Source of the DNA: Thermoplasmatota archaeon
GTDB taxonomy: Archaea; Thermoplasmatota; Thermoplasmata; Halarchaeoplasmatales; Halarchaeoplasmataceae
Direction: 5' to 3'
Assembly (NCBI GenBank): GCA_051745305.1
Contig: JBNJDY010000001.1
Location: 2,065 to 66,064 of the forward strand
DNA: 64,000 nucleotides
Positions 29,739 to 40,149 of this stretch are shown in pieces. The notes under the pieces were generated by a model that was not told the DNA's origin, made no database searches, and was given only the letters and a program-made list of their open reading frames with translations. Every line of letters begins with the position of its first letter. Position 1 is the stretch's first letter. The translations under genes were made by a program, and so were the position numbers.

Positions 29739-32700
29739 ATTATATCCCCCTCTTTCCTAAACCCGATCTTAAACGTTGTTCCTCCATCCCGTATAACCTC
29801 TACCTCACCATCCAACTGATCTACTATCAACATGTGTATTAGTCTAAACCCAAAAGTCTCAGAACTATCTAAATCTATCTCTCCCGGTATCCCAACTCCA
29901 TTGTCACTGATCATTATTTCTATGATCTGATCATCAGTTAATTTAGTTGATATCTTCAATTTTTTCTTTCCTTCGTAATCATCTGGGAATGCGTGCTGTA
30001 AAGAGTTAGAAACGATTTCATTGATTACCTGAACACATGGATTGGCTTGATCTATACCGAGCACTATATCCTCCATATCGGTTTCCAGTTCAACTTCACC
30101 GTAACTAATATTGTAGCTTTGATATATAGTTCTAATCAGCTCTCTTATGTAAGCTTTCAATTCAATTCTCGTCATATCATCTGAACGATGAAGCATCTCA
30201 TGTATGAGAGCCATGGACTGTATACGATTCTGTCCTTCCTGTAAAATCTTCAAGGGATCTTTATTCCCCCTTTCAGATGCTTGCAATTTTAGGAGACTTG
30301 AAACTACTTGTAAATTATTTTTTACTCTATGATGGATCTCATCTAAGAGGATCTCTTTTTCTCTCAAAGACCTCTTCAATTTTTTTTCTGCCTTGATCTT
30401 ATTCATAGCCATGGCTAAATCACCAGCGATCTCCATAAGCAGACCTAATTCCTCATCATCTAGCACTTCTAGATTTTCTATAGCTAATATCCCCTCCAAT
30501 TTACTATCGATCAAGGGTGCTAGACCTCTGGTACTACAAATATCATCCTTTTCGCAACTTACGACTGATGGATCTTTTGTTTTTAGAAGGTCCTCTTTTT
30601 TCAAATCGGTCTCATCAAGACTGATATTACCCACTTTTTCGTATATATTTCCATCGTCTATGAGGAAGATTGAAACCCTTGAATAACCCCGTGTTTCCAT
30701 CAACAACGTCCTTGATTTCCTCATCAGCTCTAAAATATCATCTTCTTGTGTGATAAGTTTATTTACATTACCTATAGATTTCAGTAAACTATTCAGATGT
30801 TTTATTCTCTCCTCTTTCTTTTTACGCTCTGTGATATCCGCATGTGTACCTACAAATCGCGTTGGTTCACCGTTTTCATCTCGTTCAACGATACGTCCCC
30901 TCCCTCTGACCCACATATAATTCCCATCACTCCTTTTAAAACGGAATTCAACGTCAAATTTTTCAATTTCACCGTTAATATGTTTTTCTGCTTGTTCAAT
31001 AACGTAGTCTCTATCATCCCTATGAATCCGTTTTTTAAATTCTTCCAATTTGTGTGAAAATGCGTCTACCCCATAACCGGCCATTTCATAATATCTCGGA
31101 TCAAAATATACTTCGTCCGTTGTTAGATCCCAATCCCATATCCCTTCGTTTGTTACTGCCATCGCAAGATTTAATCGCTCTTTACTTTCTTTTATTGCAT
31201 CTTCCATTTCTTTTCTTTCAGTGATATCGATTACGGTACCGAACCCAGCGGTATCCCCCTCAAAATGAATCATCCCTCCAGTGAAGTAAACCCATTTAGA
31301 AGTCCCATCTTTTTTTACTATCTTGAACTCATACTGCGGGGGAATATCTTCTCCCTTTACTCTTGCAAGTCCTCTTTGTTTAACCATCTCTCGATGGTCT
31401 GGGTGTACCAATTCCCAAAAGGGTTTATTCAACAGCTCATCTTTTGAATAGCCAGTAAGATCTTCACTTGCATCATTAACATAAAGGAAGTTTTCCCGGT
31501 AAACGAATATTGTGAAGGGGCTGTTTTCGGACAGAGCTTTGAATTTTTCTTTGCTCTCTTTTAACTTTCTATAGTTACGTAATCTTTCGATAGTTTCTGT
31601 TACGTGGGCAATGAGAAGTTCGGTAATAGCTAGATCATCCTGGTCGAAATCATCTTTATGCTCAGAGAGGGCTTGGAAGACGCCAAAGTCCCCTATCGGT
31701 ACACTTATAGCAGACCGATAACTCTTTCTTTTTGGTTTAGCCAATTTTGACCCTTGAACATCTTCTATAAGGTAAGAATGGTTTGATTTTAGTGTTTCCC
31801 CAGCTACACCCTCGATAGGGTATCTATCACCTCTTTTATTGACTCCTCCTTTTGTGGCCTTTACTTCAAATTCTTCATTTTCCAAGATGTCGATGCTGCA
31901 TACATTAAAATTGAGTATGTTTTTAGCAGCCTCTAAAGTTATTTTGTAGAGTTCTTTCTCATCTGTAATTTTTACCATTTTTGTAGCTATATCATGGAGC
32001 TTTTTCACTTTCTTTTCGCTTCTTTGAAGTTCATCTTTTGCTTCTATTCGTTCGGTAATATCTGTGATAAAACCCTCTAGATATCTTTTACCATCTTTGT
32101 TTGTAACTTCTCTACCCTGCTCCCATAGCCACTTTATTTCCCCATCAGCCGTTTCGATCCTATAACTTAACTTAAAAGGTTCATCCTTGTCTAATGCAGA
32201 TTGGACCTTTTCCCAAACATAATCTCTATCTTCAGGGACTATAAGGTCACCATAAGCAACATTTTCATTGTCTTTTAAATCCTCTCGTTCATATCCAGTT
32301 AGCTCTTTAGTACCTTCACTGACGAATTTCATCGTATAATCTTTATTATTCAAGCATCGGTAGGCCATGCCGGTTAGATTGCTAAGAAGAGTTTCCATCT
32401 GGATGTGCTTTTCTTTAAGTTTTATTTCAACTTCCTTCATATCTGTAATATCGTTCAATATAATCATATTAAGAGGGGTACCATCTTCCCTTTCAGTAAA
32501 AGATATTTTTAGATCGATATATCGTTTATTACCATCTTTAGTTATAATTGTGAGATTAGGGTAGTTATGGGTATCACCTTTATTGATTATTTTATTAAAT
32601 ATATTTAATATTTCCTCTAATACATCTTTATCTACAAGTTTATGAGCAATATTTACAACATTCTTACCTAAAATCTCATCTTTACTTAAGCCGGTAATCT

Positions 32701-32767
32701 CCTCAAATTTCTCATTAATCTTCAAAATATTCCCATTTATATCAGTAACTAAAACACCGTCTTCCAT
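29735..32767 (-). CDS. Multi-PAS/GAF sensor histidine kinase (HisKA_2/HWE-type)
   Basis: This 1010 aa protein has repeated PAS/PAC modules, GAF-like segments, the H-box EIHHRVKNNLQVVSSLLKLQ and a C-terminal HATPase (DNGVGIP). Confidence 0.85.
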   Translation of the reverse strand: MEDGVLVTDINGNILKINEKFEEITGLSKDEILGKNVVNIAHKLVDKDVLEEILNIFNKIINKGDTHNYPNLTIITKDGNKRYIDLKISFTEREDGTPLNMIILNDITDMKEVEIKLKEKHIQMETLLSNLTGMAYRCLNNKDYTMKFVSEGTKELTGYEREDLKDNENVAYGDLIVPEDRDYVWEKVQSALDKDEPFKLSYRIETADGEIKWLWEQGREVTNKDGKRYLEGFITDITERIEAKDELQRSEKKVKKLHDIATKMVKITDEKELYKITLEAAKNILNFNVCSIDILENEEFEVKATKGGVNKRGDRYPIEGVAGETLKSNHSYLIEDVQGSKLAKPKRKSYRSAISVPIGDFGVFQALSEHKDDFDQDDLAITELLIAHVTETIERLRNYRKLKESKEKFKALSENSPFTIFVYRENFLYVNDASEDLTGYSKDELLNKPFWELVHPDHREMVKQRGLARVKGEDIPPQYEFKIVKKDGTSKWVYFTGGMIHFEGDTAGFGTVIDITERKEMEDAIKESKERLNLAMAVTNEGIWDWDLTTDEVYFDPRYYEMAGYGVDAFSHKLEEFKKRIHRDDRDYVIEQAEKHINGEIEKFDVEFRFKRSDGNYMWVRGRGRIVERDENGEPTRFVGTHADITERKKKEERIKHLNSLLKSIGNVNKLITQEDDILELMRKSRTLLMETRGYSRVSIFLIDDGNIYEKVGNISLDETDLKKEDLLKTKDPSVVSCEKDDICSTRGLAPLIDSKLEGILAIENLEVLDDEELGLLMEIAGDLAMAMNKIKAEKKLKRSLREKEILLDEIHHRVKNNLQVVSSLLKLQASERGNKDPLKILQEGQNRIQSMALIHEMLHRSDDMTRIELKAYIRELIRTIYQSYNISYGEVELETDMEDIVLGIDQANPCVQVINEIVSNSLQHAFPDDYEGKKKLKISTKLTDDQIIEIMISDNGVGIPGEIDLDSSETFGFRLIHMLIVDQLDGEVEVIRDGGTTFKIGFRKEGDII

Positions 32768-32965
32768 AAACTCTATCAGCCGTAAAGCGCTCTTCTCAAG
32801 CTTATCATCTGGGATTATTCTCCCCCCTATATAATGTAATTAACAAGTCTTTTAATTATCTATTACTCACATTCCAATTTATAAATATGTAAATAATTGA
32901 TTTAAACCTTTCGTATATTTTCTAAGTCAATATTTTATAGAATATAATTAACAAACTTCTAAACA

Positions 32966-33625
32966 TCAAGTCTTCAAAAATTTGATATCTAGGCGTGCTC
33001 CACCCATTTCAGATTCCTTTAATTCGATATTTCCATCGTACTTCTCGACGACTTCTTTAACATAACTTAACCCAAGTCCATTACCTGCATTATCTCCCAT
33101 TTTGACTCCAAAATCAAATAGATTGTCTTTAATTCCTTCTGGGATCCCTTTTCCATCGTCTTCCACTGTAACTGTTACTTGTTCATCTCCTTCTTTAACC
33201 TGTATAATTATTTTATCACAATCTGAATGTTTTATCGAATTGTCGATAAGATTCGAAAAGAGGTTCTTGTATAATTCACTGCCGATGACTGTTCCACCAG
33301 AACCTTCAACCTCAATTACTATGTCTCTTTCCCCAGCCAAGGTACGATATTCCCCCACAACCTGAGATAATATCTTTTCCAAATTTACTTCATATCCCTC
33401 GCGGTCCCAAATAGAACGTATATTTCGTACTTTCGATATCAGCTGGTTGCTCTCTTTAAGAGAATTCAACGCTTTTTCAACAAATTGTTCCTGCTGTTCG
33501 TTCAATTCAGTGTCCCGCATCAACTGTAGGTAACCAACAGCCACCTGTAACTTGTTTTTAAGGTCGTGTCTAAGCATCGAGTGAAGCTCTGCATCTTTCT
33601 TACTAAAAACCTCTTCGCTCATCAA
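32966..33625 (-). CDS. Soluble histidine kinase (HisKA + HATPase_c) with no sensor domain
   Basis: It has the H-box LRHDLKNKLQV and the G-box GNGLGLSYVKE. At 219 aa, it has no TM segments. Confidence 0.7.
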   Translation of the reverse strand: MMSEEVFSKKDAELHSMLRHDLKNKLQVAVGYLQLMRDTELNEQQEQFVEKALNSLKESNQLISKVRNIRSIWDREGYEVNLEKILSQVVGEYRTLAGERDIVIEVEGSGGTVIGSELYKNLFSNLIDNSIKHSDCDKIIIQVKEGDEQVTVTVEDDGKGIPEGIKDNLFDFGVKMGDNAGNGLGLSYVKEVVEKYDGNIELKESEMGGARLDIKFLKT

Positions 33626-33676
33626 AATTATAGTTGAATAGGTCTTATTTATTATTTTAAGTCGAAAAGAAGGAGT

Positions 33677-34138
33677 TCATGTTGAATTCATCTCGTATAA
33701 CTTTTCTTCTATATTCTTTAAGTATAAATCTATGTTCTCTATAATCTCATCACTCATCTTATCACCAAGTTCCATATTCTCCGATTTGATCCCCATGATG
33801 ATGATTTCATCCGGTGCTTCCTCCATTTTTTTTGATAATTCGATGATCTGGAACAGGTTAGAGCCATGAGATCCAGATATTTCTCTTATCGAGTCAACTT
33901 CATCGATTTTAAAAAATCTAAACTCACCAACTTTGCCATCAAAATTCACGGCGTCGATTATCAATACTGAATCGAGGTCCTTTAAAATATGTATAAGACT
34001 AATCTCTTTTAACCCAATATCAAAAAAAAGAATGTTCGAGGGAAAGGGTTTTTCTTGAATTTCCTGAACCAATTTAGGTCCTATCCCATCATCGCCGCGA
34101 TATAGATTACCTATACCGATAACTCCGATTTTCTTCAT
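33677..34138 (-). CDS. Hydrogenase maturation endopeptidase (HycI/FrhD family)
   Basis: It has the GIGNLYRGDDGIG signature and overlaps the large-subunit gene by 4 bp. Confidence 0.85.
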   Translation of the reverse strand: MKKIGVIGIGNLYRGDDGIGPKLVQEIQEKPFPSNILFFDIGLKEISLIHILKDLDSVLIIDAVNFDGKVGEFRFFKIDEVDSIREISGSHGSNLFQIIELSKKMEEAPDEIIIMGIKSENMELGDKMSDEIIENIDLYLKNIEEKLYEMNST

Positions 34139-35472
34139 CTGAATTCTACATCGAGATAATGTGTAGAACAGGAAATACAGGGATCGTAGGCCCTAACAAG
34201 CATCTCCAATGTAAGTTCCATCTCATCCTCTGACTTCTGACCGACCATCTCAGGTACCAATTTCTCCATGTCATGCTGTATGTTACCGTGATTCTGATTT
34301 GTAGGTATGATGCAGTTTGCTTCTGTACACTCACCTTTTTCATTGTAAGTATAATCGTGGAACAGAATACCTCTCGGAACTTCAACCGCGCCTATACCTC
34401 TTCCAGCTTTTACTTCGATATCTGGTTGATGGTATTCTTTCTGCTCTTCTAGACCTCTATCGAGTATCTTGTCGATTAGCCCGATTGAATCTTCAACGCT
34501 GTGTACTACTTCGACTAATTGTGCTACATTGTTCATATATGGATTGTGATTTACCGGTTTGAGACCGAATTTATCAGCGACTTCTTTAGCCATTGGACTT
34601 AACTGCTCATAATTATTATTTAATCTAGCTAGTGCTCCGACCATATAAGATTCTCTGTTATTTTTGGTGTACTTCGCAGTAGATTGTGGAACTATGTATT
34701 CATTAGTGACATCTAAATAATTATCTACTGGATTTGTACCTACATCAGTAGATTTTATATCCCCACCATAAAGAGCATATTCGTCATCATGGGTAAGAGA
34801 TATAAATTCAGTTTCTCTAGTAAAGTCGGGTAGGTTGGGCGAAACCTCTTTTAACAGTTCAGCAACAGCAGTTAAATCATCAACAGAACTTTTGAGCTTA
34901 CTTTTCAAATCGATAAGTTCTTTCTCTGTTGGGAGTTTAGAGAACCCTCCAGGAATTAACCTTTGAGGATGTGTTGTTCTACCTGTAATCAGACTCGACA
35001 TTTCATTTGCCAATCTGTGTAATCTTATCACTGTTTTGACCTCCTCAGTATGTGTAGAAGCCAGAGGTACCACAGATGGGGCACCTAACAGATCCGGTAG
35101 AGCAAGATATCCCACATGGAGAACGTGGCTCTGCATGTTCTCCCCGTGAAGTGCGAGTCTTCGTAATAGTTTATCCTGTTCAGAGACATCTATGTCCATG
35201 GCATCTTCTGTTGCTTTAAGTGATGTGAGAGTATGACCTATCGAACATATACCACAAATTCTAGATGTGATGTGATGTAATTCCTTCCAGCTTCTATCCA
35301 CAACCAATGATTCAAAGTATCTCGGTGCTTCAACTACCTGCCATTCACATTTTTTAAGATCACCATCTTCAACATCAACAACGATGTTACCATGACCTTC
35401 TACTCTTGTTAAATATTCAACATCAACTTTTATATCTTCACTCATCTTCTCTTGCCTCCTGCTGCCAACCAA
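34135..35472 (-). CDS. hydA: [NiFe] sulfhydrogenase large subunit (alpha)
   Basis: It has the N-terminal RICGICSIGH motif and the C-terminal DPCISCSTH Ni-binding motif. The alternative start MSEDIKV at 35445 would reduce the overlap with hydD. Confidence 0.9.
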   Translation of the reverse strand: MVGSRRQEKMSEDIKVDVEYLTRVEGHGNIVVDVEDGDLKKCEWQVVEAPRYFESLVVDRSWKELHHITSRICGICSIGHTLTSLKATEDAMDIDVSEQDKLLRRLALHGENMQSHVLHVGYLALPDLLGAPSVVPLASTHTEEVKTVIRLHRLANEMSSLITGRTTHPQRLIPGGFSKLPTEKELIDLKSKLKSSVDDLTAVAELLKEVSPNLPDFTRETEFISLTHDDEYALYGGDIKSTDVGTNPVDNYLDVTNEYIVPQSTAKYTKNNRESYMVGALARLNNNYEQLSPMAKEVADKFGLKPVNHNPYMNNVAQLVEVVHSVEDSIGLIDKILDRGLEEQKEYHQPDIEVKAGRGIGAVEVPRGILFHDYTYNEKGECTEANCIIPTNQNHGNIQHDMEKLVPEMVGQKSEDEMELTLEMLVRAYDPCISCSTHYLDVEFR

Positions 35473-36193
35473 AATAAAGATTGAATTTCTTCATCACTTC
35501 ATCAACCGTCAAACCATATTCTTCAAGAACCTCTTTATGAGCATCTTCATTCGGATTGTCTATCAATCCACGGCATCCCCAGCATATCGTGCCTTCGTTC
35601 ACACAGCATGAGTCACACCCTGCTCTTGTTATAGGTCCAACACAGAATTCATCTCTCTCAAATGCACAAACGTTCTCGTTCAGTTTACATTCTACACAAA
35701 CTGGATAGTTTGGTATATTCGGTTCTTTTCCTAGTACCAACGATTCTACAACGTGTATGAACTCGTCTCTATCGATAGGACATCCATGGACGTGATAATC
35801 CACCTTGATAACATCCTCTATGGCCTTTGCTTTGTCCCATGAAGGAAACATATCTCCTTTGTCACCATATACTCTGCGTTTCACTTCCTCGAAATCCTGA
35901 GAATTCCTTATAGAGTTTATACCCCCTATTGTAGCACATGAACCGATGGCTACGACTATACTGGCATTCTCTCTTATCTCTTCTAGCCTCTCAGCAAGAT
36001 GATCGTTGGTCACCGAGCCTTCTATGAAAGCTACATCATAATCATCTGAATGCTCTTTCATGACCTCTCTAAAGCTAACTACATCTACGATCTCCAATAG
36101 ATCTAGAAGTTTCTCTTCTAGGTTAGCGATCTGGAGTTGATCTCCTTCACACCCAGCAAAATCGAAGAATGCCGCTTTTGGTTTTTCTGACAT
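35438..36193 (-). CDS. hydD: Sulfhydrogenase small subunit (delta)
   Basis: It shows a hydrogenase small-subunit Cys pattern (FAGCEGD, GSCATIGG, HGCP, C-rich C-terminus). Confidence 0.85.
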   Translation of the reverse strand: MSEKPKAAFFDFAGCEGDQLQIANLEEKLLDLLEIVDVVSFREVMKEHSDDYDVAFIEGSVTNDHLAERLEEIRENASIVVAIGSCATIGGINSIRNSQDFEEVKRRVYGDKGDMFPSWDKAKAIEDVIKVDYHVHGCPIDRDEFIHVVESLVLGKEPNIPNYPVCVECKLNENVCAFERDEFCVGPITRAGCDSCCVNEGTICWGCRGLIDNPNEDAHKEVLEEYGLTVDEVMKKFNLYFGWQQEAREDE

Positions 36194-37027
36194 CTATAAC
36201 GCCTCCTCTACATCTTTGATATCTGCATAATTGAATACTGGACCCTCCTGACATGTGTACAATCCGTCTATCTGACAGTGACCACATTTACCGACCCCAC
36301 ACTTCATACGTCGTTCCAGCGACAAGAATACCTGTTCATCTGGGAGGTCTCTTTTATCCAACTCCTGCATAACAAACTTATACATAATCGGTGGTCCACA
36401 AACGGCAGCTATAGTAGTATTTGGATCAAAATCAACTTTGGGTATTAAAGTCGTGATGACACCGATATTGCCTTCCCAACAAACCCCGTCGGGGCATTTA
36501 TCGACTGTCTGTAAAAGATCCATATCACTCAATTCATCCCAGCGATCAAGTTCGTTTTCATAAAGTATCTCACATGGTTCTCGACAGCCATATAATACCA
36601 TTACTTTCTCGAATTCTTCTCTTCTATCGATAACATAGTTTATGAGTGATCGCAAAGGTGCTAAACCTAATCCACCACCGATAAATAATACGTCCTGACC
36701 TTTGAACTCGTCAACATCAAAACCGTTACCAAATGGACCACGTATACCTATCTCGTCACCGATATCTAAGGAATGTAAAGCATTAGTTACATTCCCCACA
36801 GCTCTAACGCACAATTCAAAAGATTCTCCTTCCTTAGTAGGTGAAGAAGTAATCGATATAGGAGCTTCGCCTACACCAGCGATGGATAATTCTACGAATT
36901 GGCCAGGGTCGTGATCTAGAGATTGTCCATTTTCAAGAACGATCTCGAAGAGTTTTTCATTCTCCGTCAATTGTTTTATATCCAAAATCTTAGCTTTTTC
37001 TGGTAGATATACCGATTCTTCAGTCAT
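36194..37027 (-). CDS. hydG: Sulfhydrogenase gamma subunit (FAD/NAD-binding, [2Fe-2S])
   Basis: It has a PyrK-like fold with the C-terminal CGVGKCGHCQ cluster motif. Confidence 0.85.
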   Translation of the reverse strand: MTEESVYLPEKAKILDIKQLTENEKLFEIVLENGQSLDHDPGQFVELSIAGVGEAPISITSSPTKEGESFELCVRAVGNVTNALHSLDIGDEIGIRGPFGNGFDVDEFKGQDVLFIGGGLGLAPLRSLINYVIDRREEFEKVMVLYGCREPCEILYENELDRWDELSDMDLLQTVDKCPDGVCWEGNIGVITTLIPKVDFDPNTTIAAVCGPPIMYKFVMQELDKRDLPDEQVFLSLERRMKCGVGKCGHCQIDGLYTCQEGPVFNYADIKDVEEAL

Positions 37028-38049
37028 TCTGATACCTCCTTCAAATCATTGTAAACTTTAGTTGGGTCTGCGATATCTGGAACACATTGTGAACCACAGC
37101 GACCGCAACCAACACATGCTATATCTTCAAATCGCTCATAGATATATCGCCCTTTTCTCATGAATCTGTGGCGATATCTTTGATGCCTCTCCTCCCTGAA
37201 ATTTTCATCACCTGCAACTATGGCAAATTCTTCAAGTAAACATCCGTCCCATTGTCTTATCCTTTCTCCTTCATCTAGTGTGATCTCGTTTATATCTTTT
37301 ACATCGAAGCAGTAACAAGTGGGACATACGAGATTACAGGAACCACAGCTGTAACACTTTTCTGAGTTTTCTTCCCAGAATTCGACGTTGTCATAGTTTT
37401 CTTCTAAGAGTTCAGGTAATTCTTCTGGCGGGAAGTCGAGTTCTTTCTCGAATTTACCTTTGATCTCCTCTTTCTTCTGTTCTACTGTTTCTCGTTCTTC
37501 ATCGGTGGCATCACGTATATTTGCTCCATCTAAAAGGTCAGAGCCCTTGTCTGATCCTATCTCTACTGCGTATTTTTCACCAATATCTGTAAGCATAAGG
37601 TCGTAATGATCTGAGATGGTTGCTGTACCCATACTGCCTGCAAAACTCCACTCAGAAACATCTTCCATATTTACACCGACTAGAACTGATGCTTCCCTCT
37701 TCTTAAGGTAGTTATCATCTTCGTAGGTATCTGTAAAGACCTTGTCCATCTGTCTTATAGCTTCTAAGTCGTACGGATGTATACCTAAAATTATTCGAGG
37801 CGTTACTTCGTTAACTGCTTCATGTCCATCTTTGACTTTATATTTGAGTAAAGTTTCCTTTTGGGGTGCAAAATATTTCTTCGGCGGTAAAATAGTCACA
37901 TCATAATCCAATTGTAGGTCTTCCGCTTTCTTGAGAACATCGAAAACAAACTTGTTCCCCTTCTCTTGGACCCCAACTACCTCCCGGGGGTCTTCCTGTA
38001 CCAGATGTTCCACAAAACCATTAAAATCTTCTTTTTTTATGACCTTCAT
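37024..38049 (-). CDS. hydB: Sulfhydrogenase beta subunit (Fe-S)
   Basis: It has multiple 4Fe-4S motifs (CYSCGSCNLVCPTCYC, CVGCGRCGSQC). It is the first gene of the hydBGDA array. Confidence 0.85.
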   Translation of the reverse strand: MKVIKKEDFNGFVEHLVQEDPREVVGVQEKGNKFVFDVLKKAEDLQLDYDVTILPPKKYFAPQKETLLKYKVKDGHEAVNEVTPRIILGIHPYDLEAIRQMDKVFTDTYEDDNYLKKREASVLVGVNMEDVSEWSFAGSMGTATISDHYDLMLTDIGEKYAVEIGSDKGSDLLDGANIRDATDEERETVEQKKEEIKGKFEKELDFPPEELPELLEENYDNVEFWEENSEKCYSCGSCNLVCPTCYCFDVKDINEITLDEGERIRQWDGCLLEEFAIVAGDENFREERHQRYRHRFMRKGRYIYERFEDIACVGCGRCGSQCVPDIADPTKVYNDLKEVSE

Positions 38050-38171
38050 GATCTCACTCTTCTATAAACTGTGGAAATCAGATAAGAGGTTCGTTTTTAA
38101 ATCTTTCTATGATTTTATATATAACGTTGTAATATCTAGAAATATCATCGATGTTTATAACATCTAATAAT

Positions 38172-38843
38172 TCACTCACCGAATCTTCTTTCCCTGCTTT
38201 GATAAGACCTGATAGCTCTCAAGAAATCTATTTTTCTAAAACCGGGCCAGTAAACATCTGTGAAATATAGTTCAGAATAGGCCAACTGCCATATAAGGAA
38301 ATTAGATATCCTTTCTTCGCCGCTTGTTCTCAATATTAGATCAGGATCGGGAAAATCAGCTGTATAAAGTCTCTGAGTAAACGATCTTTCGTCGATATCC
38401 TCTACATCGAGTTTACCTTCCTTAACTTCCGTAGCTATCTTCTTTATAGCCTGTATAATCTCTTCCCTACCACCATAAGCCACTGCTATATTGAAATAAT
38501 AATTATCATAATCTTTGGTTTTTTCTTCAGCATATCTTATAGATTCTTTTACCCCTTCTGACAATCTATCTAGAGCACCTATAGCTTGGATCCTTATCTG
38601 GTTCTCGTGAACCCTTTTATCATCTGCAGCCTTCCTAAAATTCTCTTCGAAGAGATCCATGAGATGTTCTACTTCGTCAGTATCTCTATTCAGATTCTCT
38701 TTAGAGAAGGCATACACCGTTAGAATCTTTACACCGACTTCAGTACACCAATTAAGCATCTCTTCAAGTTTTTCTTTTCCCATGACATGACCATCATCTT
38801 CGTTCAAGCCCAATTGTCTAGCAAAACGTCTGTTTCCGTCCAT
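38172..38843 (-). CDS. uppS: Undecaprenyl-diphosphate synthase (cis-prenyltransferase). The listed ATG truncates the conserved N-terminus.
   Basis: The MDGNRRFA and FLIWQLAYSELYF motifs are present. The in-frame upstream region to the stop at 38958-38960 encodes ...GKVPTHIAVIMDG, with no ATG, GTG or TTG in it. Confidence 0.75.
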   Translation of the reverse strand: MDGNRRFARQLGLNEDDGHVMGKEKLEEMLNWCTEVGVKILTVYAFSKENLNRDTDEVEHLMDLFEENFRKAADDKRVHENQIRIQAIGALDRLSEGVKESIRYAEEKTKDYDNYYFNIAVAYGGREEIIQAIKKIATEVKEGKLDVEDIDERSFTQRLYTADFPDPDLILRTSGEERISNFLIWQLAYSELYFTDVYWPGFRKIDFLRAIRSYQSRERRFGE

Positions 38844-39063
38844 TATAACTGCAATATGGGTAGGTACCTTTCCTTCTTTGATTTCTTTCAGCAGTTTCTT
38901 TTCATATGCCTTGTAGGCCGTATCCGAGATGGTCTTAGATATATCTGCGATGCCACATCACCATAATGTTTGATTACCGAATAGTATAAAAATATGTTGC
39001 AAGGAGTCCTAATCAAAGAGAATATCACAATAATTATATACACTGTCTTTAATCCTGAACCAG

Positions 39064-40149
39064 GTGGTGTATATGAAACATAAAAAATTATATATTCCGG
39101 GACCCACGGAAGTTAGAAAAGATGTGATAGAGGCAATGGACCAATGGTTATTTGGCCATCGTTCAGATACAATGACTGACCTTTATACTACGATCGTAGA
39201 GGATAGTAAAAAATTTTTAGAAACTGACAATGATATTATTGTTTTAACTGCCTCAGGCACTGCTTTTATGGAGAGCTCTATATTAAACTTGGTAGACGAT
39301 AAAGTTTTAAGCGCCACATGTGGGAGCTTCAGTGAAAGACATGCTAATATAGCTGAAAGGTTGGGTAAGAATGTTGATAGATTAGAATATGAATGGGGGA
39401 AAGCCGTAAAGCCAGAGGACGTTAGAAAAGCTCTTGAAAAGGATGATTATGATGCTTTAACATGTGTTATGAACGAAACCTCAACCGGTGTTCGAAATCC
39501 TTTGGAAGAGATAGGTGAAGTGATGGAGGATTTCCCAGATACTATGTTTATAGTTGATGCAATCTCCGCACTAGGAGGGGACTATATCGATATAGAAGGG
39601 AGCAATATTGATGTGATATTCACATCCGTACAAAAGGCATTCGCTATGCCTCCAGGATTAGCTGTATGTGTGGTAAGTGAAGATGCCTACGATAAAGAAG
39701 TGAACTCTGATTCCTCTGCATGGTATGGAGGCTTCCAGAGATGTATCGATTATTACAACAAGAAAGGACAGACACACTCAACACCCGCTATATCCCTGAT
39801 GTTAGCTTATAGAAAACAGATGAAACACATGTTGGAGGAAGGGTACAAGAATATAGATAAGAGACACAAGGAGATGGCCGAATTCACCAGAGAATGGGCT
39901 TATGAACACTTTGATATGTTCCCAGAAGAAGGTTACATGTCTCAAACAGTCAGTACCATCAAGAATACCAGAGGTATCAATATCGCAGAATTGAGAGAAA
40001 AAGTTGACAAGAAATATAACATGACCTTCGCTAATGGTTACGGTTCAAAATTGAAAGAGAAAACCTTCCGTATAGGACACATGGGTATTCACGACGTAGA
40101 CAGCATAAAAGAACTAACCGATGCTATAGAAGATGTCGCAGGACTGTGA
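39064..40149 (+). CDS. Class V aminotransferase (phosphoserine/serine-glyoxylate aminotransferase-like)
   Basis: It has the N-terminal YIPGPTEV motif and a PLP-lysine region (TSVQKAF). It lies adjacent to the serA-like gene. Confidence 0.75.
   Translation: MVYMKHKKLYIPGPTEVRKDVIEAMDQWLFGHRSDTMTDLYTTIVEDSKKFLETDNDIIVLTASGTAFMESSILNLVDDKVLSATCGSFSERHANIAERLGKNVDRLEYEWGKAVKPEDVRKALEKDDYDALTCVMNETSTGVRNPLEEIGEVMEDFPDTMFIVDAISALGGDYIDIEGSNIDVIFTSVQKAFAMPPGLAVCVVSEDAYDKEVNSDSSAWYGGFQRCIDYYNKKGQTHSTPAISLMLAYRKQMKHMLEEGYKNIDKRHKEMAEFTREWAYEHFDMFPEEGYMSQTVSTIKNTRGINIAELREKVDKKYNMTFANGYGSKLKEKTFRIGHMGIHDVDSIKELTDAIEDVAGL

Noticed and set aside
34135-35472. 35-bp overlap between hydD and hydA suggesting a frameshift
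   Set aside because: An internal Met (MSEDIKV, start 35445) gives the usual hydrogenase large-subunit N-terminus and reduces the overlap to 8 bp. No frameshift is needed.
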